From assembly GCA_035403165.1 (NCBI GenBank), contig DAONEP010000005.1, forward strand, positions 13,499 to 77,498: a DNA stretch of 64,000 nucleotides, given 5' to 3'. How positions within the stretch are numbered: the stretch's first letter is position 1; every line of letters begins with the position of its first letter. The notes below the pieces were generated by a model. The model had not been told where the DNA came from, did no database searches, and worked only from the letters and a program-made list of their open reading frames with translations. Origin of the DNA: Bacteroidales bacterium. GTDB lineage: Bacteria; Bacteroidota; Bacteroidia; Bacteroidales; UBA4417. The translations under genes were made by a program, and so were the position numbers. This document shows, in pieces, positions 29,525 to 37,370 of this stretch.

Positions 29525-30151
29525 TCAAGTTAGTTCTATTAGTCTCTTTATATCTTTACTTTGTTTTACCTTTTCAACCAGTTTCCGAATCTCATTAATT
29601 CCATTACTCCAACTTTTAAAAAAGATATAATAATCAGTTTTGAGATTACTAAGTTCCTTATCGCAAGCATCTTCTAACCATTTGTCTGTCATACTATGTC
29701 CATAGTTATTACGAAGTCTATTTAAAATTTGCGCTTGCTTTAGTATTTGTGCTTTACCTTTGAATTCAATTGTATATTTAAAATATTCATTAATAGATCC
29801 GAATTGGCTCTCATTCTCGAAGTTATTAACTTGAATCACTGTTGGATATAGTGAGACTTGGATATAATAATTAATATATTTTATTAGCATCTTCATTTGT
29901 TCAATCATCAACTGATGATAGATAAAAAGAGCTGCGATTTTACCTTCTGGGAAAGTACGATCAAAGAAATCGTCGGCATTTCCATTTAATTGACTCAATT
30001 TGTTTGTATCCGGCCACCAAAGATGTCCATCAATGTTCTCAAATTTTTGCTTTATGTCGTCTTTATATGTCATTTTGCTATTGTATACAACGGCCAGAGC
30101 TATATGAAATTGACGAATGCGGGCGGTTTTTCTGTCGAGCCGCAAGGCCAT
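29525..30151 (-). CDS. Orphan alpha-helical protein with an Rx4H (HEPN-like) motif
   Basis: 208 aa, or 182 aa from the alternative ATG at 30073. The composition predicts an all-helical protein. LNRLRNNYGH lies in the C-terminal third. No family recognised by eye. The gene is AT-rich. Confidence 0.5.
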   Translation of the reverse strand: MALRLDRKTARIRQFHIALAVVYNSKMTYKDDIKQKFENIDGHLWWPDTNKLSQLNGNADDFFDRTFPEGKIAALFIYHQLMIEQMKMLIKYINYYIQVSLYPTVIQVNNFENESQFGSINEYFKYTIEFKGKAQILKQAQILNRLRNNYGHSMTDKWLEDACDKELSNLKTDYYIFFKSWSNGINEIRKLVEKVKQSKDIKRLIELT

Positions 30152-30227
30152 CGTTATAGGCTACTTACTTTGTTTTCTGCACCGAAACGCCAATTGATTT
30201 GTAAAATTTGTTAATGACATGCATTTT

Positions 30228-31076
30228 TTATAACTCTTTCAATGAATTCACAATATCGCCAATACTATGAATGGATGTGTTCAAAGCCATCTTGTCTGCT
30301 AATGTTGGACTAAACTTCAATACTTCATCTTTCGTAATTTTGTGCCAAATAGGCAATATCACTTTGTGTCCATTCATTTCTTTGGCTACCATACCATTTA
30401 ATTCATACTCTGGCCACTTCTTTTTCAAAAACGAAGGTGAGATAATTACAATTCCGTATTTGGATTTTGCCAAACCATTATCAATCTTTTTCCTTAAGCT
30501 ATCTCCTATCTTTAACTCAAATTCGTCATACCATACTTTAAAGCCATTATTCTTCAAAGCATCAACTAAATCCCTTACTATCTCATCTTTATCATCAGAA
30601 GCGTGCGATATAAAAAAATCGTACTCCTTATCGTCTAAATCATTAAAGTTCTCTGTCTTTGATGAGTAATTTTGATTTATTAGAAAATTCAATTGAGATT
30701 TCTGCTGTTCTACATCTTGCTGTAATTTACGCTGAAAGTCTAATTGATCTTTTTGCTGCTTTTTTTGTTCGGCTTCTTCGGCATTTCTTAAATCTTGCTT
30801 TTTCCTACCAATTTCAACTGATTTATTAGCTATCTGTTTCTGATATTCCGCAATTTTCTTTTTACAATTATAAATATCGTTTTGATAACCTCGAATCTGT
30901 CTTAGTTTGCTTTGCAACGAAGACTCTGACGTGTATTTATTAATTGACTTGTTTACTGAGTCAATCTGACGGTTTTTGTCATTCTCTTTTCTGCTTTCGT
31001 CTGCTATCTTCTTTTGAAAGTCTGCAACATCTTTTTCAAGTCTATTGACTTGGTCTTGATAATGGGATAAATTCAT
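30228..31076 (-). CDS. Coiled-coil plus TIR-domain protein (bacterial Tcp/AbTir-like architecture)
   Basis: 282 aa. Residues 1-150 are heptad-rich in K/Q/E. The TIR blocks are YDFFISHASDDKD, VWYDEFELKIGDSL and GIVIISPSFLKKKWPEYELNG, the last containing the conserved catalytic-type Glu. Confidence 0.9.
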   Translation of the reverse strand: MNLSHYQDQVNRLEKDVADFQKKIADESRKENDKNRQIDSVNKSINKYTSESSLQSKLRQIRGYQNDIYNCKKKIAEYQKQIANKSVEIGRKKQDLRNAEEAEQKKQQKDQLDFQRKLQQDVEQQKSQLNFLINQNYSSKTENFNDLDDKEYDFFISHASDDKDEIVRDLVDALKNNGFKVWYDEFELKIGDSLRKKIDNGLAKSKYGIVIISPSFLKKKWPEYELNGMVAKEMNGHKVILPIWHKITKDEVLKFSPTLADKMALNTSIHSIGDIVNSLKEL

Positions 31077-31432
31077 TGCAGTATCATTTTAGGCTTGCCG
31101 TTTAATATCACATATCACCTCACTCTTCCCACTTTTAATCAAGCCGATTGGTTACGTTCCTTGTCCCAGTATGCGTTCTCAATGTTCTGCGGGAGTCCTG
31201 TATATCAGCCAACTAAAATAGGCGATATATCTTTCTGTTATAGATATTTCTTAAAAAAGTTATGAACAATTAGTGAAACAATAGGGATTTCCGGATTTTG
31301 TCTAACCTGAATAAACGGAATATTTCTTTACGGCAGATTCCCGGCTGCCCGTAATGCAGGGGCGGAGGACACGCTGAGGGGGAAAGACGTTTTACTAACT
31401 TCGTTTTTGCTGTTTTATAAATCAGTGTAGAA

Positions 31433-32245
31433 TTATTTCAACAGTTTACGGTTTCCGGCATCCTGCAAAACACTCATTTGCTGGATGGCGCTCCGGTTTA
31501 GTTTTATCAAGCGCTCTTTTTGCGGCATCTGCTCGTTGATAAACACCGCGTTCAGGTTCTCCATGTTGGATAAACAAATCAATTCGTTGATGGTGGCATA
31601 GTCGCGGATATTCCCCTTTAATCCGGGATTCGCATCCCGCCATTGCCTGGCTGTAATACCAAACAGGGCAACATTCAGCACATCGGCTTCATTTGCATAA
31701 ACAGTGGAAATTTGGGCCGGCGAAAGTTCCTGTGGTATCAGATTATGCCGGATGGCATCGGTGTGGATATGATAATTTAACCTGGTAAGTTCCCGTTTTG
31801 CCGACCAGCCAAACTGCTTTTGTTCTTCTTCTTTAAGCCGCTGAAATTCATTGATCAGATACAATTTAAAAGGGACACTAATGGCCGAACCAAATTCAAA
31901 TGCGATGTCTTTATGGGCAAAGGTGCCGCCATACCTGCCTTTTTTTACAATGATTCCGATAGAATTGGTTTTTTCAATCCACTCCGAAACACTTAATACA
32001 AAGTTGGGTAAACCGGCCTGTGATTTAAAGTGGTCAAATTCGACCACTTTAAAATAAGGGTTATTGATCTGTTCCCAGGTTCCCAGAAATTCAAGAGTAT
32101 AACGGCTTCTTAACCAGTTTTTAATAATATCGGCTGCACGGCTTTCGCTTTCTTTAGCATTTGCCATGTCGGTAATCGAAATGTAATCTTTTTCATCAAC
32201 GGAGATGATGGTAATTTCAGTATTTTTTACAATAATCTTTGCCAT
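31433..32245 (-). CDS. KilA-N domain-containing protein
   Basis: 270 aa. The N-terminus is IISVDEKDYISITDMANAK...IIKNWLRSRYTLEFLGTWEQINNP and the block GGTFAHKDIAFEFGSAISVPFKLYL follows. Both are typical of Bacteroidota KilA-N proteins. Confidence 0.75.
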   Translation of the reverse strand: MAKIIVKNTEITIISVDEKDYISITDMANAKESESRAADIIKNWLRSRYTLEFLGTWEQINNPYFKVVEFDHFKSQAGLPNFVLSVSEWIEKTNSIGIIVKKGRYGGTFAHKDIAFEFGSAISVPFKLYLINEFQRLKEEEQKQFGWSAKRELTRLNYHIHTDAIRHNLIPQELSPAQISTVYANEADVLNVALFGITARQWRDANPGLKGNIRDYATINELICLSNMENLNAVFINEQMPQKERLIKLNRSAIQQMSVLQDAGNRKLLK

Positions 32246-32356
32246 AATACATTCTTACAGAAGTTGTTATGCATGTTTGCACTTACGGACGCGTGGGATT
32301 AACTTCTTTTTCCCATTTCAGAATCCGTTAACCGTCATTCTTCCTCTGTTATTCTT

Positions 32357-33895
32357 TCATCCGCCCCATGTCTCCCGGTCGAGGCTGCGGTAGTGGATGG
32401 CTTCGGCCAGGTGCTCGGTCCGGATGTCGGGGCTTTCGGCAAGGTCGGCAATGGTGCGGGCCACTTTCAGGATGCGGTCGTAAGCCCTGGCCGAAAGGCT
32501 CAGTTTGTCCATCGCATTCTTCAGCAATACCTGTCCTTCCTCGGTGATCTGGCAAATCTGCCGGAGCTGTTTGCTCGACATCTGTGCGTTGCAGTAAATG
32601 CCTTTCGATTCCCGGAACCGCTCTTCCTGCACCCTGCGGGCTTTCACCACGCGTTCGCGGACGGCCTCGCTCTTTTCCGAGACTCTTTCACTGTTCAATT
32701 CACGGAAAGGGACCGGCACAACTTCCACATGAATATCAATGCGGTCGAGCAGCGGCCCTGAAATCTTATTGAGATATTTCTGTACAACGCCCGGGCCGCA
32801 CACGCAGTCCTTCTCCGGGTGGTTGTAATATCCGCAGGGGCACGGGTTCATGGATGCCACCAGCATAAAACTGGCCGGGTACGTCACCGTGGATTTTGCC
32901 CTCGAAATGGTTACCATACGGTCTTCGAGGGGCTGACGCAGTACTTCCAGGACCGTTCGTTTAAACTCGGGCAGTTCATCGAGAAAGAGGACCCCGTTGT
33001 GGGCCAGCGATATTTCACCGGGTTGGGGATTGCTGCCACCGCCAATGAGGGCAATATCAGATATGGTGTGATGGGGGCTGCGGAAAGGCCTGACGGAGAT
33101 CAGTGAGGCATTGCGGCCCATTTTGCCGGCCACTGAATGGATTTTGGTGGTTTCCAGCGCTTCGTGAAGGTTAAGGGGAGGCATGATGGAAGGCATGCGC
33201 TTGGCCAGCATGGTTTTTCCGGCGCCGGGAGGGCCTATCAGGATCACATTGTGCCCGCCTGCTGCGGCAATTTCGAGGGAACGCTTGATGTTCTCCTGGC
33301 CTTTTACATCGGCGAAGTCGAATTCATATTCGTTTAAGTGGTTGTAAAATTCTTCGCGGGTGTTTACTTCTACCGGCGTCTGTTTCAGGCTTCCTTCCAG
33401 GAAGCCGATTACATCGTTAAGGCTCTCAAGCCCGTAAACCTCCAGGTCGTTGACAATGGCGGCTTCGCGGGCGTTCTCCAGGGGCAGTATAAAACCTTTG
33501 AACCCCTTATCCCGCGCTTCAATGGCGATAGGCAACGCTCCTGTTATGGGTTGCAGGCTGCCGTCGAGCGACAGTTCCCCCATGATCACGTACCTGTCCA
33601 GGTCATCAACCAGAAGTTGCTCGCTGGCGGCAAGAATGCCGATGGCAATGGTCAGGTCGTACGACGACCCTTCCTTGCGGATATCGGCCGGCGCCATGTT
33701 GATGGTCACCTTTTTGTGCGGGAACTTATAGCCGATATTGACCAGCGCCGCTTCAATACGCTGATGGCTTTCTTTTACGGCATTATCGGGCAAACCGACC
33801 ATTGCAAACTGAATCCCCTGATCGACATTAACCTCAACTGTAATCGTTGTGGCATTGATCCCCTGGGTAGCGCATCCGAAAGTTTTAACAAGCAT
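32357..33895 (-). CDS. comM: YifB/ComM-family Mg-chelatase-like AAA+ ATPase
   Basis: 512 aa with an N-terminal Lon-protease-like domain, Walker A GPPGAGKT, the LFLDELPEF Walker B region and a C-terminal ChlI-like domain. Confidence 0.92.
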   Translation of the reverse strand: MLVKTFGCATQGINATTITVEVNVDQGIQFAMVGLPDNAVKESHQRIEAALVNIGYKFPHKKVTINMAPADIRKEGSSYDLTIAIGILAASEQLLVDDLDRYVIMGELSLDGSLQPITGALPIAIEARDKGFKGFILPLENAREAAIVNDLEVYGLESLNDVIGFLEGSLKQTPVEVNTREEFYNHLNEYEFDFADVKGQENIKRSLEIAAAGGHNVILIGPPGAGKTMLAKRMPSIMPPLNLHEALETTKIHSVAGKMGRNASLISVRPFRSPHHTISDIALIGGGSNPQPGEISLAHNGVLFLDELPEFKRTVLEVLRQPLEDRMVTISRAKSTVTYPASFMLVASMNPCPCGYYNHPEKDCVCGPGVVQKYLNKISGPLLDRIDIHVEVVPVPFRELNSERVSEKSEAVRERVVKARRVQEERFRESKGIYCNAQMSSKQLRQICQITEEGQVLLKNAMDKLSLSARAYDRILKVARTIADLAESPDIRTEHLAEAIHYRSLDRETWGG

Positions 33896-33981
33896 AAAAA
33901 ACCGAATTGAAAATTATTCCTGATAATATTAAAGACAAATCACTCCTTTCCCGGCGATAACCTGAACAAATATAAGGGATT

Positions 33982-34215
33982 ATGGTTTTATTTGGTAAAC
34001 GAGGCAGTAAAATGGACCGGAATCAGCAAAATAAACTACAGCAGGTAAAATCCCCGTGCAGGAATGTCTGCACGCTTGACCACCACGGGCGGTGTACCGG
34101 CTGCTACAGGAATATTGAAGAAATTGCCAACTGGAGCGTTTACCCGGATGAGCAAAAGCGGTACATCCTGTCAATACTTCCGCTGCGGATGCAGTTGCCT
34201 GAAATTTTCGGCTGA
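33982..34215 (+). CDS. DUF1289 (Cys-rich, putative Fe-S) small protein
   Basis: SPCRNVCTLDHHGRCTGCYRNIEEIANW matches the DUF1289 pattern. There is an alternative ATG at 34012. Confidence 0.7.
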   Translation: MVLFGKRGSKMDRNQQNKLQQVKSPCRNVCTLDHHGRCTGCYRNIEEIANWSVYPDEQKRYILSILPLRMQLPEIFG

Positions 34216-34307
34216 TGAATTGCCGGCTATCCGGGCTTGTCAGGAAGTGAGAATTATTAGGTTGCGTTTCGCCTGAAAATGGGGCATCAAGGGCATGGAT
34301 GTTCAAG

Positions 34308-34690
34308 GAGAAAATATATGACTCTCAGTGTTTCTTCGTGTTCCGTGGCTCCGTGGTAAAAAAGAACCACTAAGACACTTAGGGCACTGAGGTTCACTGA
34401 GAAAATATGCAACACTCGGTGTTTTTTCGTGTCCTCCATGGCTCCGTGGTAAAATAACCTTAGTGCCCTGAGTGTTCTGAGTGTCTAAGTGGTATTTTGC
34501 GTTCTCCGTAGCCCGTGGTAAAAAAGAACCACTAAGACACTTAGGGCGCTGAGGTTCACTGAGAAAATATGCAACACTCGGTGTTTTTTCGTGTCCTCCA
34601 TGGCTCCGTGGTAAAATAACCTAAGTGCCTCTGCGTGTGCTGAGTGTCTAGGTGGTATTTTGCGTTCTCCGTAGCCCGTGGTTTAAAAAA
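34308..34690. repeat. Composite tandem/inverted repeat: 162-bp unit, two full copies plus a partial one
   Basis: GAGAAAATATGCAACACTCGGTG recurs at 34399 and 34561 (offset 162). Each unit has two related halves of about 80 bp ending in CCGTGGTAAAA. It contains inverted CACTAAG/CTTAGTG-rich arms. The region lies between convergent genes. Confidence 0.9.
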
Positions 34691-34730
34691 AGAAACCCTT
34701 TAGTTTGCAGGGCTTGCCCGGGAGGGAAGA

Positions 34731-35735
34731 TCATCTTCCCGGCTTGTACTCTGAAGCTTCCAGGATGGCTTGTGAGCCGGTGGCTTCCATAATCTGCTTC
34801 AGCGACAGTTTCTTGTTGTTGGCGGCGTATGCGCGGACAATCTGCCAGCCCATCCATACCCCCAGCCGTCCGGGTGATTCCTGGGCGAAACCTGAAGTAA
34901 ACGGGCCGTCGGCCAGAAGCTTGGATGCCGCCGCCGGGTCGGAATTAAATAACAACTGATTTCCTATCAGGAATTTCCAGATGTTTTCTTCATTGGTTTT
35001 ACACCACTCCAGTTGTCCGGGAGTATAACCGATTTTAAGGTTATCGGCCATTTCGGGGAACATCGCATCGAGAAAATAACAGATTTTGCCTGCCGTGATC
35101 ATTTGATTGAGTAACGTCTGGTCGCCCGGGTCGGTTCGAAGCACATTGCCGGCTATTGCTTTCATGCATTCGGGAAGGATGTATTCCGGCATCATCCGGG
35201 CAATTTTGTACTCGGGGATTCCTGCTTCCCGGTAAATGACCTGATCGTTGCCGAGAAACAGATCGAGGCCAATGGCCATTGCCGAGTCGGTAAACAGCAC
35301 CGGCATTTCCACGTTAAGTCCCGAAATATACGTGTAAACGAGAGGACATGGTTTTTCGGGGTAATAGGAGCGGTAGCGGGCAATTGCTCCGGAAAGGTCT
35401 TTTTTAAGGGCGGAAAGGTTCCCGTATTTTTGCATCGCGATCTCATACAACTTCCTGATGTTGGGGTCGTTGACGAATTGCGACAGGTTCATCAGATTGA
35501 TCGTGTCACTCCAGTCGGAGCCCAGAAAGAAATAATAACGCCCGGCAAGGGGAACCAGGCTTTCCTTCAGATTCTGGCTGTTGATCGAAAAAAGGGCGCT
35601 GTCGTATCGCATTATCTGAACCGGCTGCGATGGGACTTTAGCGACCGGGCCGGGGATGAAGACTTGCTTGTTGCGATGGCACGATCCGAAGAGAATAACG
35701 GAAGCAAACAACAATAAAAAGAAAAATCTGCGCAT
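34731..35735 (-). CDS. gldB: Gliding-motility lipoprotein GldB
   Basis: The lipobox is ILFGSC. The C-terminal blocks IGYTPGQLEWCKTNEENIWKF, ESPGRLGVWMGWQIVRAY and EYKPGR closely match Flavobacterium GldB as I recall it. ATG at 35735. Confidence 0.85.
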   Translation of the reverse strand: MRRFFFLLLFASVILFGSCHRNKQVFIPGPVAKVPSQPVQIMRYDSALFSINSQNLKESLVPLAGRYYFFLGSDWSDTINLMNLSQFVNDPNIRKLYEIAMQKYGNLSALKKDLSGAIARYRSYYPEKPCPLVYTYISGLNVEMPVLFTDSAMAIGLDLFLGNDQVIYREAGIPEYKIARMMPEYILPECMKAIAGNVLRTDPGDQTLLNQMITAGKICYFLDAMFPEMADNLKIGYTPGQLEWCKTNEENIWKFLIGNQLLFNSDPAAASKLLADGPFTSGFAQESPGRLGVWMGWQIVRAYAANNKKLSLKQIMEATGSQAILEASEYKPGR

Positions 35736-35824
35736 GGATTTAAAAGAGATGTCTGTTTGGGAACCCATGATCATGGATTCCGGTTTTAAAGAAAATTTTT
35801 AAGGGTTAATGTTGCCGCGATCTG

Positions 35825-36436
35825 TCAGAGGAATTTCACGCCTACACTCACATTAAACAGGTTGTTGCGGACTTTGAGGTTTTCGTCGCCGGTGTAAATA
35901 TTGCTGATGCCTACCTCGTAACGGGCATCAAAGGTGAGAATCCAGAAATCGATGCCGCCGCCAACCTGAAATGACCAGAGCATTTTATCGATGTCATCGG
36001 TTGAGTGTATCGGCCATGAGCTTAGCAGTTCGAGCGGTTTAACATGCTTTTCGGAAATATAGGAAAGGGTAGGCCCTGCCATCAGACGGATGTTGAAGGA
36101 TCCTTCGGAAACCGGCCTGACTCCGAGCAGGAGCGGGATAGTGATACTCTTAAGCTCAATTTCCTGGCTGCGGTCTTCACCATCGAGAACGTCGTTGATA
36201 ATTCCGCCTTTCACAATATAATTCACTTCCGGCTGGAAGTATACTTTTTGTCCGAAACGCATGAAAGCGCCGATCTGGAAAGCCCCTTCGGGCGTAGAAG
36301 TCACCGAATCGAGATTGGTAACAAGGCGGTTTGAATTATAACCAACTTTCGGCCCTATCGAAAATCCCGGAATTTGGGCTGTTGCGAAGGAAACGGCAAC
36401 ACTCAGGAGAAAGGCGACGAAGAGAACACGTTTCAT
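35825..36436 (-). CDS. Small outer-membrane beta-barrel protein (PorT/OmpW-like class)
   Basis: 203 aa with a signal peptide, alternating beta-strand pattern and a C-terminal aromatic residue (VGVKFL). Confidence 0.6.
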   Translation of the reverse strand: MKRVLFVAFLLSVAVSFATAQIPGFSIGPKVGYNSNRLVTNLDSVTSTPEGAFQIGAFMRFGQKVYFQPEVNYIVKGGIINDVLDGEDRSQEIELKSITIPLLLGVRPVSEGSFNIRLMAGPTLSYISEKHVKPLELLSSWPIHSTDDIDKMLWSFQVGGGIDFWILTFDARYEVGISNIYTGDENLKVRNNLFNVSVGVKFL

Positions 36437-36619
36437 AAAACGGTGAGTTTGATCGGTTGATAACGTAAAAATAGTAAGTTATGGTATACTTTTTACAAAA
36501 GCGTCCGGTCGATCTTCAAAAACCAGGCTGAATTTTTGTGGTATATGTTTTCAGTGATGTTATCTTTTTCATGTTTTTGAGCGATATTTGCGGGAAGTTT
36601 TATCATTAAGATCAAAGTT

Positions 36620-37291
36620 ATGAATAAAAAGCTCCTCCTGCTGTCATTAATCCTTGTGATAGGATTCACGGCCAACGCGCAATACAAAAAATTCAAATTC
36701 GGGTTGAAAGCTGCTCCGCAAATAAGCTGGATGCGTACCAATGTAGAGGGCTATTCAAACGACGGGGCGAAACTCGGCTTCGGCTGGGGGTTTGTCACCG
36801 AAATGAATTTCACCGAGAACCACTCCTTCGCCACCGGATTCAACGTCCTGTTTAACGGAGGGAAACTCCAGTATCCCGATATATCGGGAACAAATGCCGG
36901 AACCATGAAACGTACCTATAAGCTTAAGGCGATTGAACTGCCGCTTACCTTAAAAATGCGGACCAACCCCATCGGCGATTTTCAGTATTTCGGGCAGATT
37001 GGTTTAGGGACCAGTTTTCAACTGGATGCCAAAAGCGAGGATGAATTTACTTACAACAGCACGGTTGTGACCAAGGAAGGGAATATCAGCAACATCGCCT
37101 TTCTTCGTGAATCGCTGATTATCGGATTAGGCGCTGAGTATACCCTGGATGCCGGGACTACTTTCGGGGCAGGATTAACCTTCAACAACGGTTTTACCGA
37201 TATGCTGACCGGTAAGAATAAGGTTGACGGCAGCCTGAAAGAAAAAGGATACATCAATTTTCTTGAGCTGAATGCCTTTGTCCTCTTTTAA
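36620..37291 (+). CDS. Small outer-membrane beta-barrel protein (PorT-like class)
   Basis: 223 aa. It has the signal peptide MNKKLLLLSLILVIGFTANAQ and ends in FVLF. It is divergent from a similar barrel gene. Confidence 0.6.
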   Translation: MNKKLLLLSLILVIGFTANAQYKKFKFGLKAAPQISWMRTNVEGYSNDGAKLGFGWGFVTEMNFTENHSFATGFNVLFNGGKLQYPDISGTNAGTMKRTYKLKAIELPLTLKMRTNPIGDFQYFGQIGLGTSFQLDAKSEDEFTYNSTVVTKEGNISNIAFLRESLIIGLGAEYTLDAGTTFGAGLTFNNGFTDMLTGKNKVDGSLKEKGYINFLELNAFVLF

Positions 37292-37370
37292 TTGTTGAAA
37301 GAAATCGTTTGGAAAAGCCCGGAAATAGCGCCGGGCTTTTTACTTTTACAGCGAATTTATACCTGAGATC

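Noticed and set aside
34308-34690. Possible CRISPR array, given regularly spaced repeats in a non-coding gap.
   Set aside because: The period is 162 bp and the 'spacers' are themselves duplicated almost exactly. There is no short repeat of 28-37 bp with unique spacers, and no cas genes are in the window.
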